Assembly (NCBI GenBank): GCA_040285745.1
Contig: JAUFOR010000004.1
Coordinates: 248,001-312,000, forward strand
Origin: Barthelona sp. PCE
Taxonomy: Eukaryota
Length of the DNA: 64,000 bases
Direction of reading: 5' to 3'
Shown: positions 51,996 to 61,312 of the stretch, one piece after another
How positions within the stretch are numbered: position 1 is the first letter of the stretch
Layout: the number at the start of each line of letters is the position of its first letter
Notes under the pieces: model-generated
The model's input: only the letters and a program-made list of their open reading frames with translations
The model's database searches: none
What the model was told of the DNA's origin: nothing
Translations under genes and position numbers: made by a program

Positions 51996-54284
51996 ATGTT
52001 TTCAAGCAACAAGGGCATATTAGAAGGGAACAGCATCGACCACGAAGGTGTTATCGATTTTGAAGGCCATGAAGGCGTAATCGATCAGCAGTTATGGATT
52101 TTCGATTGGCAAAGCAAACGTTCACGCGGCCTTGACATCCCAGCATCATCAACGGCCATCTGCCAAGTGGATGATGTAATTTACTGTTTTGGCGGACGAC
52201 GCAGTGATACAAATGATGTTCGTGAACAACTTAGCAATGAATTTTACACAGTTGATCTGGGTACTATGGAAGTATCACGAGTAGAATGTGACCAAACCCT
52301 TGTTCCAGAACCGCGTGCAGGACACACATTGAGCTATGATGAGATACATAATAGATTAGTGCTTTTTGGTGGACAAACTAGTGCTGACACTGAAACAAGA
52401 TCAATCATTTATTTTTACGAGCTCGACAACAACAAATGGGTCATCCCTGAAATATCTGGTGTCATGCCACGTGGAAGACATGGTCATGCAACTGTAATCA
52501 TTGATAAAAAATTTTACTTGGTGGGAGGATTTTCATCAGGTAACTATCTGAATGATCTGTATATTATGGACTTGAATGAGCTGTGCTGGCAGCGCATCGA
52601 CTCTACTGTAGCATTTCCCCCAAGATACGGACATACGTTGAATTATTATGAGCTGGAAAATTCAATATATTTATTTGGTGGTTATAAATATGCTCTCTCT
52701 AAGGAATATTATGGCGACCTATGGAAATTTGACCTGGACAGAATGGAATGGACTTGCGTTGATAAGGGGGCATGTCAAGGTCGGGATTCACATTGTGCTT
52801 TCATAGTTAAAGACCCTGATCATGGCTCACGTTTGGTAATTCTTTTTGGAAGAGAGGAGCATGGTTGCTGCGACGAGATTGATATGTATGACTTCAGCAA
52901 CGGGACGTGGTCACACCGCTCCCTTAATGATAGTACTTTCTCACCTAGCTCTCGTTTCAGTGTGAGTGCGTGTGCTCTTAAAAAAACCAGTTCTTCATCA
53001 TCTTTCTTGTTCATTGGCGGTGCAAACACTTCAAATGATCGTTTCAATGACATTTGGGTGTTAACAGTTCAGTCAATGGTGCAAGGTTCCAGTTCGCAGG
53101 CTCATCTAAACACATTCTTGCCGAGTCAAGAAAACGATTTCAACCCACCACTCGCAGACGCCCACATACAAGTAGGACACCGCGAGTGGGGTATCCACTC
53201 ATGTATCGTTGGTGTGAGGTGTCGTGATCTGATATTGGACAGTGAAGCACTGCAGTCTGCCTCCGACAAGGTGGGGTATCTCATCCTGTACTACATATAC
53301 TGTGACTCCCTTCCGAATGGAGAGGTAACACCGGCCGAAATTGCGGAGACAGCATACTTTGCAAAGAGCTTACAGCTCAGCCATCTTGAACTGATATGTC
53401 TGACGCGTTTCGGTGAGATCTTGTCGCCAAAAACAGTTCTTGATGCATGTCGCATTATTTCACAATACGGAACCAAACTCTCCAGCTTCCTCAAGGAAGC
53501 AATCGCATACATACTTACCAACGAGTCGAGCATTGATGATACTACATTTTCCAACATGTTAGCTCTGGAATGTGGACTTGATGTTTATAAAGCAGGTAGG
53601 AATCCAGGTCACACACAGTCTTTCGTTAGTGTAGATCCTGAAGCTAACACGACATGGAACCGCGCACTGAGTATGCTGTCAAGTTACATTGATGGGAGTA
53701 CGACACGCAGTATCGTTGACTCCTCCCTTTTACCAGATTTTGTCTTGAGGTTAGGAGATAACTCTCACTCCGTTCAGGTACATAGAATAATCCTGGCTGT
53801 GTCTTGTGAGCGTTTTGCGAAGCTGTTCGAGAATAACCCCAGTATTAGCGATATGGTGTTCCCGGCCATCGTACCATTACACCTGCAACCCGACATTATC
53901 GATAAATTTGCGCGCTTTTTGTATCTGTTCATGTTGCCTACACTCGATCTAAGAGCTGCTTATGTGCTTTTCTGTTTGTGCGTCTATCTTGGTTTTGATA
54001 ACTCGACTTTAATCGAGAACTGTGTGCAGATTCTGAAGCAACCGGTGGCGGACAACGATATTTTTGATGTTTTACAGTCGTGCAGGGATGTCATTGAGTC
54101 TGATGAGATGAAGAAGATGGGAATGAATGATTTCCATATAGAGATCTTCAAAGGTGTTGAAAATAGAGCAATGGATGCATATTGGGTAGCGGACGAGTCT
54201 ATTAAGACATCACCTGCCCTCCATAAACTTAGACACGATGTTTTAATTGATTTACTGAAGAAACCCACCGTTGATGGTATTTAA
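51996..54284 (+). CDS. Kelch-repeat plus two BTB-like domain protein (LZTR1-like Cul3 adaptor architecture)
   Basis: Repeated PR.GH...FGG...W kelch units; ADAHIQVG...IHSCIVGVRC...LYYIYCD and PDFVL...VHRIILAVSCERF...RFLYL BTB-like segments. Confidence 0.85.
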   Translation: MFSSNKGILEGNSIDHEGVIDFEGHEGVIDQQLWIFDWQSKRSRGLDIPASSTAICQVDDVIYCFGGRRSDTNDVREQLSNEFYTVDLGTMEVSRVECDQTLVPEPRAGHTLSYDEIHNRLVLFGGQTSADTETRSIIYFYELDNNKWVIPEISGVMPRGRHGHATVIIDKKFYLVGGFSSGNYLNDLYIMDLNELCWQRIDSTVAFPPRYGHTLNYYELENSIYLFGGYKYALSKEYYGDLWKFDLDRMEWTCVDKGACQGRDSHCAFIVKDPDHGSRLVILFGREEHGCCDEIDMYDFSNGTWSHRSLNDSTFSPSSRFSVSACALKKTSSSSSFLFIGGANTSNDRFNDIWVLTVQSMVQGSSSQAHLNTFLPSQENDFNPPLADAHIQVGHREWGIHSCIVGVRCRDLILDSEALQSASDKVGYLILYYIYCDSLPNGEVTPAEIAETAYFAKSLQLSHLELICLTRFGEILSPKTVLDACRIISQYGTKLSSFLKEAIAYILTNESSIDDTTFSNMLALECGLDVYKAGRNPGHTQSFVSVDPEANTTWNRALSMLSSYIDGSTTRSIVDSSLLPDFVLRLGDNSHSVQVHRIILAVSCERFAKLFENNPSISDMVFPAIVPLHLQPDIIDKFARFLYLFMLPTLDLRAAYVLFCLCVYLGFDNSTLIENCVQILKQPVADNDIFDVLQSCRDVIESDEMKKMGMNDFHIEIFKGVENRAMDAYWVADESIKTSPALHKLRHDVLIDLLKKPTVDGI

Positions 54285-54483
54285 CACTTTAATAAAGCTT
54301 AACTACTTTCCTCAGTCTACACATTTGGAACCAAAGAAGTGAGCCAAATATTGAAGGGCAGATGTATGGACTTCCAAACTCTGAAGAAGGTAGCCCGTAT
54401 GCTGCACCATATCCGAACTTAGATCTGTAAAAATCTTATTACTCTACCCGTTAACATGAGGGAAGAAAATCTCATTTATTGCA

Positions 54484-56784
54484 TCATTGGAACTCTTTCA
54501 TTCTATTTTTAACTTGTGTGAGAGTCACACGCTGTATGTCCTGAACCTGACAAAGTCCATGGTGACCGCAACTCGGAGAGAGGCAAACAAAACAAAAACT
54601 GCGACTGCATGTGGGACACATCATGCTCTTGCAACCGCTACGATGCTCTACAGGAGTCATACAGTTCGGGCAGACACGCACAGATGGCACATTATCAATT
54701 TGATTGAAATCGATGTATTTGCGTGGTGCATTTTGAAGACGGTTGTTGAGATCGTCAACATCTTCCTGCGTCCATTGCGAAAGTCGCTGTGTGATGAGCA
54801 ACTTGAACTCCTTGGGCAGGATACCGCGAATAGCTAGTGGTAGTCCTTCGCGGATACGCAATATGTTGTTGGGCAATCTCAGAGAGTGATCACAGAGAGC
54901 GACAGTAGGTAGCATAGTGTCGTCGGGCTGTAGAATGACGGTGAATGAGTGTAGTTCCGGTGAGCCATTTAACCAGTAAACGAACTGGAGAATGTCCATT
55001 GAGTTGAAACCTTGTACAACTTCTGCTAGTGCATCACGCACGTTATTGGGTACCTTGTCATCATAGTTAAAGGTAGCAAGCACCTGCTCGGTGGTGAAAC
55101 GAGGCGGTCCGCACATCATAGATTTGACTTCAGAGAAAGTGAGGGCAACGCCAAGCTGGGCAGTGAGTTCATGAGCGTTAAACACTGCGTTAACCTTCTT
55201 AGACAGCTCCATCCATGGTTCGGAAACCGTGACACGGGCGAGTTGCAGGAATTCATCAATGTTTTCAGCAGTTACCAACTTGTCCTCACCTCCGAAGAAG
55301 TTGAAGTTCAGACCCTCGTGATTCAGCATGTTAAGGATGTACGCCGATTCGGTTGGGAACACCTTGCCAAAGACTTTTCTATCAGAAAGCTTATCGTGAT
55401 CTTCACTGAGTGCGTTTATCAAAAACTGACCAACCTGCAAGTCATCAATTGGTGATTGGAACACAAAGCAGCAGTACAGGAAGCCGCACATGGCTATCAA
55501 GACATCATCTGATGTTTCGGTATTGAATTGAGGCAAAGAATGATGCTCAAAAATGTAATCAATGAATTGGGGAATTGAGAGTTGTTCCATACCGTACAAT
55601 GTAATTGAGGCATCGAAGTATTCGGTTCCACTCATAAACGAGTTGATATCGCTGAACACAGTCACGAAAAATTCGTCAAAGGTCTGATCCACTTGTTCAA
55701 ACTTCATGGTGCTTCCCTCACGATCGTTATCGCGTAACAGAGCCTGCTTTGTGACAATAAACTGGTTGATCTGACGGCGAATGAGTGTGAGGCGGTCCTG
55801 AGCTGCGGGTACATTAGTGTGCCACTCATGACAGTTAAGCTCGTAAATGGACGGTCTTAGCTGAGGATCTTGGGCTTGGCAGCGCTGGATGATTTCAGAA
55901 TGCATACAGTCTTCAGGTAAAACAAGCTGAGCAATGTTAGTTCTGTCTTGTGCATAAATGTAGGCAACAGTTTTTCCCAGTGCAAAAATATCGCTCAGTA
56001 AAGTGTGCGGTTGGCCATTTGAGACTTCTTGAGCCATATAACCAACCGTTCCAACCATAGTTTTGCTTCCAATAGTCTGTGAGTTATCAATGCTTACACC
56101 AAAGTCGCATAATTTCAACTTGGGGTTGGTTCCATCTTTGTTACAATATACTAAGATGTTCTGTGGCTTGATGTCACGCAGAGTGATGCCCTTTGCGTGT
56201 ATAGAGATAATACACATTACAAGCTGATGAGCAATAGAGTTCTTCGTCTCCTGGTTAACATCAGGAAATGCTTCAAGATACTTCTCAAGATCGAACGGTG
56301 CACGCTCCAGCTCAATACACACAAACATCATGGTAGTAGTTTCACGTAAAATCTTTGGTACGAACACTACGTTCTTAAGAGTTACTGTGCAAGGGTCTAG
56401 CTTGGTCAAAACGCGCAGTTCGCGTCTTATTGCCTTTATATTATCATCCAGACCGCGCTTCATCCTCTTTGAGACGCAAATACACTTGATGAACAGATCA
56501 TCCGTATCGAACGTACCGTTACCTAATCCGAAATCTTGAAGTCCACCATTAAAATAGCTGTCATAACCAATGATCTTTGGAATTGAAGGGAACCTTATAT
56601 CTTTAAGATCCAACTCCTCAAGCGTCTTGGAAAGGTCAACTGCCAGTGCCAGTTCACATATTGCGTTTTTGAGCGTTTTGATGTTCTGGGTAACCAGATC
56701 AGTCAAACATCCCTTTGCTTTTTCAAAATTGACACATTCAGCTCCGCTGATCTCCGACGCATGGCGTTCCATTCTCTGTTGCAT
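54484..56784 (-). CDS. Protein kinase - HECT - RBR RING2/Rcat (IBR-type) fusion protein
   Basis: Kinase: RREL, LRDIKPQNIL, LCDFG, GTVGYMAQE, SDIFALG. HECT: VTAENIDEFL, LTFSEVKSMMCG, QFVYWLNGS, LPTVALCDHSLRLP. Rcat: CPNCMTPVEHRSGCKSMMCPTCSRSFCFVC. 5' end uncertain (may join the upstream ORF). Confidence 0.8.
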   Translation of the reverse strand: MQQRMERHASEISGAECVNFEKAKGCLTDLVTQNIKTLKNAICELALAVDLSKTLEELDLKDIRFPSIPKIIGYDSYFNGGLQDFGLGNGTFDTDDLFIKCICVSKRMKRGLDDNIKAIRRELRVLTKLDPCTVTLKNVVFVPKILRETTTMMFVCIELERAPFDLEKYLEAFPDVNQETKNSIAHQLVMCIISIHAKGITLRDIKPQNILVYCNKDGTNPKLKLCDFGVSIDNSQTIGSKTMVGTVGYMAQEVSNGQPHTLLSDIFALGKTVAYIYAQDRTNIAQLVLPEDCMHSEIIQRCQAQDPQLRPSIYELNCHEWHTNVPAAQDRLTLIRRQINQFIVTKQALLRDNDREGSTMKFEQVDQTFDEFFVTVFSDINSFMSGTEYFDASITLYGMEQLSIPQFIDYIFEHHSLPQFNTETSDDVLIAMCGFLYCCFVFQSPIDDLQVGQFLINALSEDHDKLSDRKVFGKVFPTESAYILNMLNHEGLNFNFFGGEDKLVTAENIDEFLQLARVTVSEPWMELSKKVNAVFNAHELTAQLGVALTFSEVKSMMCGPPRFTTEQVLATFNYDDKVPNNVRDALAEVVQGFNSMDILQFVYWLNGSPELHSFTVILQPDDTMLPTVALCDHSLRLPNNILRIREGLPLAIRGILPKEFKLLITQRLSQWTQEDVDDLNNRLQNAPRKYIDFNQIDNVPSVRVCPNCMTPVEHRSGCKSMMCPTCSRSFCFVCLSPSCGHHGLCQVQDIQRVTLTQVKNRMKEFQ

Positions 56785-56797
56785 TGTGTAAAGTCGA

Positions 56798-57163
56798 TCA
56801 AAATTCACTAGCAGCAAAAGAAAAGCTTGAAATGCTATTACCCTCCACATCATTCACATTGTATTGATCATTCACTTTGTAAGCAACAACCTGACCATCA
56901 AAGCTGAGGCAACCATGTTTAACCACACCTTCCACATCAATTGAATTTTTTAACTTTAAAGATGGAACACTGAAAAGTTTGATAATTGAGGAACCATTTT
57001 CAGAAGGATTAGCATGCACAGTGGCCAGAACCTTTTCATTCTTTGAAACCCAAAATATATTTAAATATTCCTCTGTTGCGAGAGTAATTGGATCAAGACC
57101 ATCAGATTCGTTCTGACGCGTAATAGTCGCTTTTCCGCCTTCACCAGCAAATACTTTAATCAT
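56798..57163 (-). CDS. 121-aa ORF resembling the first blades of a WD40-like beta-propeller; probable 5' part of the kinase-HECT gene
   Basis: IIKLFSVPSLKLKNSI...HGCLSFDGQVVAY is WD40-like; ends GAA TTT TGA overlapping the open kinase-gene frame in +1. Confidence 0.5.
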   Translation of the reverse strand: MIKVFAGEGGKATITRQNESDGLDPITLATEEYLNIFWVSKNEKVLATVHANPSENGSSIIKLFSVPSLKLKNSIDVEGVVKHGCLSFDGQVVAYKVNDQYNVNDVEGNSISSFSFAASEF

Positions 57164-57925
57164 GTTACCAAGAAATATTGTTCGTAATAAAAGTGATAAA
57201 AAGAAAATTGAAAAAATCACAAATCTCTATTATTGCAGCATTTTTCATGCCTTACATGGTGTTATATATGTATTTTATGTGATTTTTGTGATTATAATGT
57301 TAAATAATTGCCAAAAAAAATACACTTTTCAATCAGCCATTTTTGCTTTCACTTTCAACAAACTGTGTTTAAAGTGTGCTCAAAAAGTAAAACTGCCATA
57401 AAATATAGTTCATTCTTTAAAATAGTGTAAAAAAAATTCTAACAGTGATTTGTGATTCATTCCTGTAAAAATAAGTAATAAATCAGAAATATGAGCCTTA
57501 CAAACAAAGATTAAGCTAAAAAAGTATGCCTGAAATGCTGTAAAAATGTCATAAATTGTAGAGCAAGACTTCTCATTTCATAGTCCCAATCGAACGTTAT
57601 TTAGGGATGTAATGAATAAAATCGTGATCATATTCTTATGCAAGCATACTGTATTAAACAAAAAAAAACTTATTTGGTAGATATGGAATATGCAAACTGT
57701 ATCCAAGGGGAAAAGGTTAATGGCATGAGGAGACGGATCCAAGCTATAAACGTTGTCATTGTAAAAGCATAAAAGAAAAAAATTGGCAGTAGTTGTTGGT
57801 CTGCAGTTGTTCCGTTTTCTACTACCGCAATTTTCCAGTACATATTTACATATTAAAATATTAGATTGCTCAGAAATACATATCCACAAAAATGTTTCTC
57901 CATCACAAAAATAAAAAAATTAAAA

Positions 57926-58987
57926 TTAGATGGTCTTAACTATTTCTTTCAGTTTATCATACGTAATATATGGGACTACAGAAGCTTCACCTAATAAAAA
58001 CCAATGAAAACGTGTACGAAGAAACATTCCCATTCCATTCTTATGTAGTATTTGTACCTTTGAAAATCCATGCTCAACTCCAGAATTGCTGGCAGATGCA
58101 CTGCTATGTTGTTTAATTATAGCTCGGAAACCGGGTAAACCCTCCACAGATTCGTGGGTGTGGCCATGAACAAGTGCTGCACGAACATCTCTTTCTCTAA
58201 TACCTGTATCACTGAAATCGAACTCATCGGCCACCCTTTGAGCACTTAAAGGGGGCTCACGCACACTTTGGGCACTTTGAGATAGTTCACTCTCCATACG
58301 ATTGGAATAACTGCGACTAGGACTGAGAAAGCTTGTCGATAATGGTGGTCTCACATTTGTTTGGGGTTCTACTTCTGGTGTATAGCGCATTACGACCTTC
58401 TTTCGATCTTCATTGGATGGTGAAAAGTCTAAATAGTAATTGGTACAAAGAATCGAAATTATATACCCCACTAACCCTCTATACAACACAGGATCATAAA
58501 AATCTTTTGCCATATTAACATAAACGTGATCACTAATAAGATGTATTGCGGGATAATCACTTGCACAGCGCTTGAACTTGGTGGGTAAAAATGAAAAAAC
58601 CATCATACCTTTTAGTCTTACAAGTTCCTTCTCTGTAACCTCAACTAAACCTGCTCTGTTAATATTGGGTATCTTTGCATCAACATACAGTTCGTATAAT
58701 TCTTCCTTCAAACAACTCTTTCGGGGTTTATCATTTGTGATATCTTTAACCTCCATATTATGATCCTGGAGCTCAACAGTGCTTAAATCTGAGAGAAGAA
58801 AAAGCCACCAAAGGTTCGGGCATGATGAGGAATTTGCAAAAATAATGACGAACATACTCAAAAAGACCATCATGGTATATTGTAGCAAGGCTTGTTGCAT
58901 TTCTAACCTTGAAATCTGAGCGCCACTTTCGCAATTCAAGTAAAAGTATGGAAACTTGGAAATATGATTGTAAAACTGAAAAATCAT
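57926..58987 (-). CDS. Hypothetical ORF; probable 3' segment of a split gene spanning 61299-57926
   Basis: 353-codon ORF overlapping the upstream same-strand ORF by 215 nt in the +1 frame. Confidence 0.55.
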   Translation of the reverse strand: MIFQFYNHISKFPYFYLNCESGAQISRLEMQQALLQYTMMVFLSMFVIIFANSSSCPNLWWLFLLSDLSTVELQDHNMEVKDITNDKPRKSCLKEELYELYVDAKIPNINRAGLVEVTEKELVRLKGMMVFSFLPTKFKRCASDYPAIHLISDHVYVNMAKDFYDPVLYRGLVGYIISILCTNYYLDFSPSNEDRKKVVMRYTPEVEPQTNVRPPLSTSFLSPSRSYSNRMESELSQSAQSVREPPLSAQRVADEFDFSDTGIRERDVRAALVHGHTHESVEGLPGFRAIIKQHSSASASNSGVEHGFSKVQILHKNGMGMFLRTRFHWFLLGEASVVPYITYDKLKEIVKTI

Positions 58988-60977
58988 TCTTACTGCTCAT
59001 ATGTTGAATGAAGATCATACGAGAATAAGTAGAAAAATAATTCCTTGCCAATACCCACATATCAGGGCCCAGAGAAAATTCATGAGGCTGCTTATTCCCA
59101 TCCTTCATGGCCTCATAAAAAGGAGAAAGAAAATGCCGATAATGATCCTCGTCACAAACAGTATTATTGCTCTTTAACATCCGCTTAATCTCCAAATCCT
59201 TACCTTCGTGGTACTTCCGACGAAGAAACAGATCAGTGATATTAAAATGAGACCATGTTATTGCAAAATCATCAGGAATTGTTTCTGTTCCCTCAGGTAA
59301 AAATAGTATCTTGGGGATGTCCATGTACAGTCCACCACACAATACATCATAAATCCATTCCAGTGTATCCCAACGAACATTCGAAAGAGATATGTCCGTT
59401 ACTAAACACCAGACTGCATGGTATTTATAAAACACACGCATAGTATCAACTGTTAACAGCGTATGTATCTTTGCAAAATTGGCGAGAGATTTCTGCTGAT
59501 TATCCAACATTTTTGCATAATCCTCCAAAGAAATCATGGCAAGATGATCAAGGAATTCAGTATAATGCTCAAGTACATTGAAACGATATGCATCATTTGA
59601 AAGAGAGTTACTTAAGGTCAAATCAACGCCTAACAGGCAAGCATTGCTCTGTCTTAACAAGTTTTGAAGGTGTTGACATTCGTGAAATGATGTATATGCA
59701 AAGGTAAACATGAGCTTATCGTCAGCAATCAAACCACCTTCAACCACCTCAGTGTCAGAATGAACAAATGACTCGATCCATTCTTCTGTTAAATTGTTGA
59801 TAGTTGCACCAGACATATCATCTGTAACACTCTCATTCTCTGCTGCAGGTTCAGAAAGTGCAAAGATTGGATGAGTTTCATGGAGAGAAACAACGCTGTT
59901 AAGTCGAGCAGCAGCAAAACGTGAAATGGTACAGTTGGTGAAAAAATTTGATAAATCTAGCTTCTTAAACAACCCCTCAATAATTATATCTTTTGAAACT
60001 TGATCGATGATATCCATAGTGACGGTTTCATTGGAGACTCTCAACGAATTAAAACTATCTAAATAAAGAGGACTGAATACTTGAAGCTCATAAGAACCAG
60101 GACTCGCAATAAAGAATTGAGGCTCAATAGAACAAGGAAAGAACTCAAACCCACTGGTTTTTGCCATAATCTTATTCAAAACATGACAAATACAAGGAAC
60201 TCGTGATATTGACGAGCATGAATCACATATCTTTTGAAAGGCGAGCTGTTCTGGCGTGCCATTATCAGTTCCAACAACAATCTTAACTTCAGAATCACCC
60301 ATGTCAATAATAACATCTTCTAAGCACCAGCGATCCCTGTTTTTCCTCTCGATGATTGAATATGACTGGATGATTTTGTATTTTTTAAGCCGAGACAAAA
60401 ACTGTTCGCACAGATCCTGAGCACGCTTGTATTTCGCACCCTTGTCGATTTCAGGTACTTCAAAATTACGCACAGTGAAATCTGGGTAATCAAGAGGATT
60501 AATGACAACTTCAGTTGCGTGGGAAACAGTGAACTTGGTTTTAAATCTATCAAAGATGATAAACTTACCTTTTAAAGAATCCAAATATTGCTCTAATGTG
60601 ATTATTAAATGCTTTTTTGTGTACATTTCCGTAGAGCTCTCCAAAAATGGATGCTCGACCCAAACAAGTTCCAGATCGGCTGGTACCTTCAACATAATAA
60701 GTGCTTCTTCGTATCCATCGTTTGACAGATCAAATTCCATAAAAAGAGTTACGTTTTCTGAATTGTTTGCTGCTTGAACATAAGCAGAGTTAAAAATGGT
60801 TTCCAGAATGTAAGGGTGTACAACCTCACCGTAATATGTTATGTAATCCCTGAAAGCCCTTTCAGAAGCTGCACCGTATTCAGATCTAATGTTTTTCAAA
60901 CTTTTATCCATAGCATTAAATACAAATGGCAAAGCAAAGCCCCTACCAGCATTAACTCTAGCTGGTGATACCTTCAT
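58773..60977 (-). CDS. Hypothetical ORF; probable middle segment of the split gene
   Basis: 734-codon ORF; frame stays open upstream to about 61107 under the next ORF; no family recognised. Confidence 0.65.
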   Translation of the reverse strand: MKVSPARVNAGRGFALPFVFNAMDKSLKNIRSEYGAASERAFRDYITYYGEVVHPYILETIFNSAYVQAANNSENVTLFMEFDLSNDGYEEALIMLKVPADLELVWVEHPFLESSTEMYTKKHLIITLEQYLDSLKGKFIIFDRFKTKFTVSHATEVVINPLDYPDFTVRNFEVPEIDKGAKYKRAQDLCEQFLSRLKKYKIIQSYSIIERKNRDRWCLEDVIIDMGDSEVKIVVGTDNGTPEQLAFQKICDSCSSISRVPCICHVLNKIMAKTSGFEFFPCSIEPQFFIASPGSYELQVFSPLYLDSFNSLRVSNETVTMDIIDQVSKDIIIEGLFKKLDLSNFFTNCTISRFAAARLNSVVSLHETHPIFALSEPAAENESVTDDMSGATINNLTEEWIESFVHSDTEVVEGGLIADDKLMFTFAYTSFHECQHLQNLLRQSNACLLGVDLTLSNSLSNDAYRFNVLEHYTEFLDHLAMISLEDYAKMLDNQQKSLANFAKIHTLLTVDTMRVFYKYHAVWCLVTDISLSNVRWDTLEWIYDVLCGGLYMDIPKILFLPEGTETIPDDFAITWSHFNITDLFLRRKYHEGKDLEIKRMLKSNNTVCDEDHYRHFLSPFYEAMKDGNKQPHEFSLGPDMWVLARNYFSTYSRMIFIQHMSSKNDFSVLQSYFQVSILLLELRKWRSDFKVRNATSLATIYHDGLFEYVRHYFCKFLIMPEPLVAFSSLRFKHC

Positions 60978-61299
60978 CAGAGTGATTTGCTGATTTTGCC
61001 GTGATATTGCTTGAAAAGAAGTGGTAATATTGAATCCTGAACCAGATGATCTTGATATTTTCTTTGCTGGATATCTTGTTATAAGTATCCAAAAGCTCTT
61101 TGTGAGTTAATAACGCGTACTTAGAGGCATTAAATTCATGGAATAGTAATAACATTGAATTTTTGACTTCTGGACTCCAAATCGTTACTTTGTTTGTTAC
61201 AGTTTTTACACTACCCACTTTATGGGGTGGTTGATCATGTGCTGTCACCCCCCGAAGAAATCTTCGAATTAATGTAAACCTACTGTTCAAAATATTCAT
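60958..61299 (-). CDS. Hypothetical ORF; probable 5' segment of the split gene
   Basis: ATG 13 nt after the stop of the Sfi1-like gene; overlaps the downstream ORF, which lies in the +1 frame. Confidence 0.45.
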   Translation of the reverse strand: MNILNSRFTLIRRFLRGVTAHDQPPHKVGSVKTVTNKVTIWSPEVKNSMLLLFHEFNASKYALLTHKELLDTYNKISSKENIKIIWFRIQYYHFFSSNITAKSANHSDEGITS

Positions 61300-61312
61300 T
61301 TTTTTCTTTTCA

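Noticed and set aside
52035-52085. Duplicated HEGVID peptide at the Kelch-BTB N-terminus
   Set aside because: Small degenerate tandem duplication with no evident function
54285-54483. Relatively GC-rich gap between convergent genes with a ~30-codon open stretch
   Set aside because: Too short, no recognisable homology or RNA motif
57162-57889. Short AT-rich ORFs (79 and 103 aa); similar ones at 21929-22213 and 29778-30219
   Set aside because: Low-complexity intergenic sequence, Phe/Ile/Lys-rich translations, no motifs
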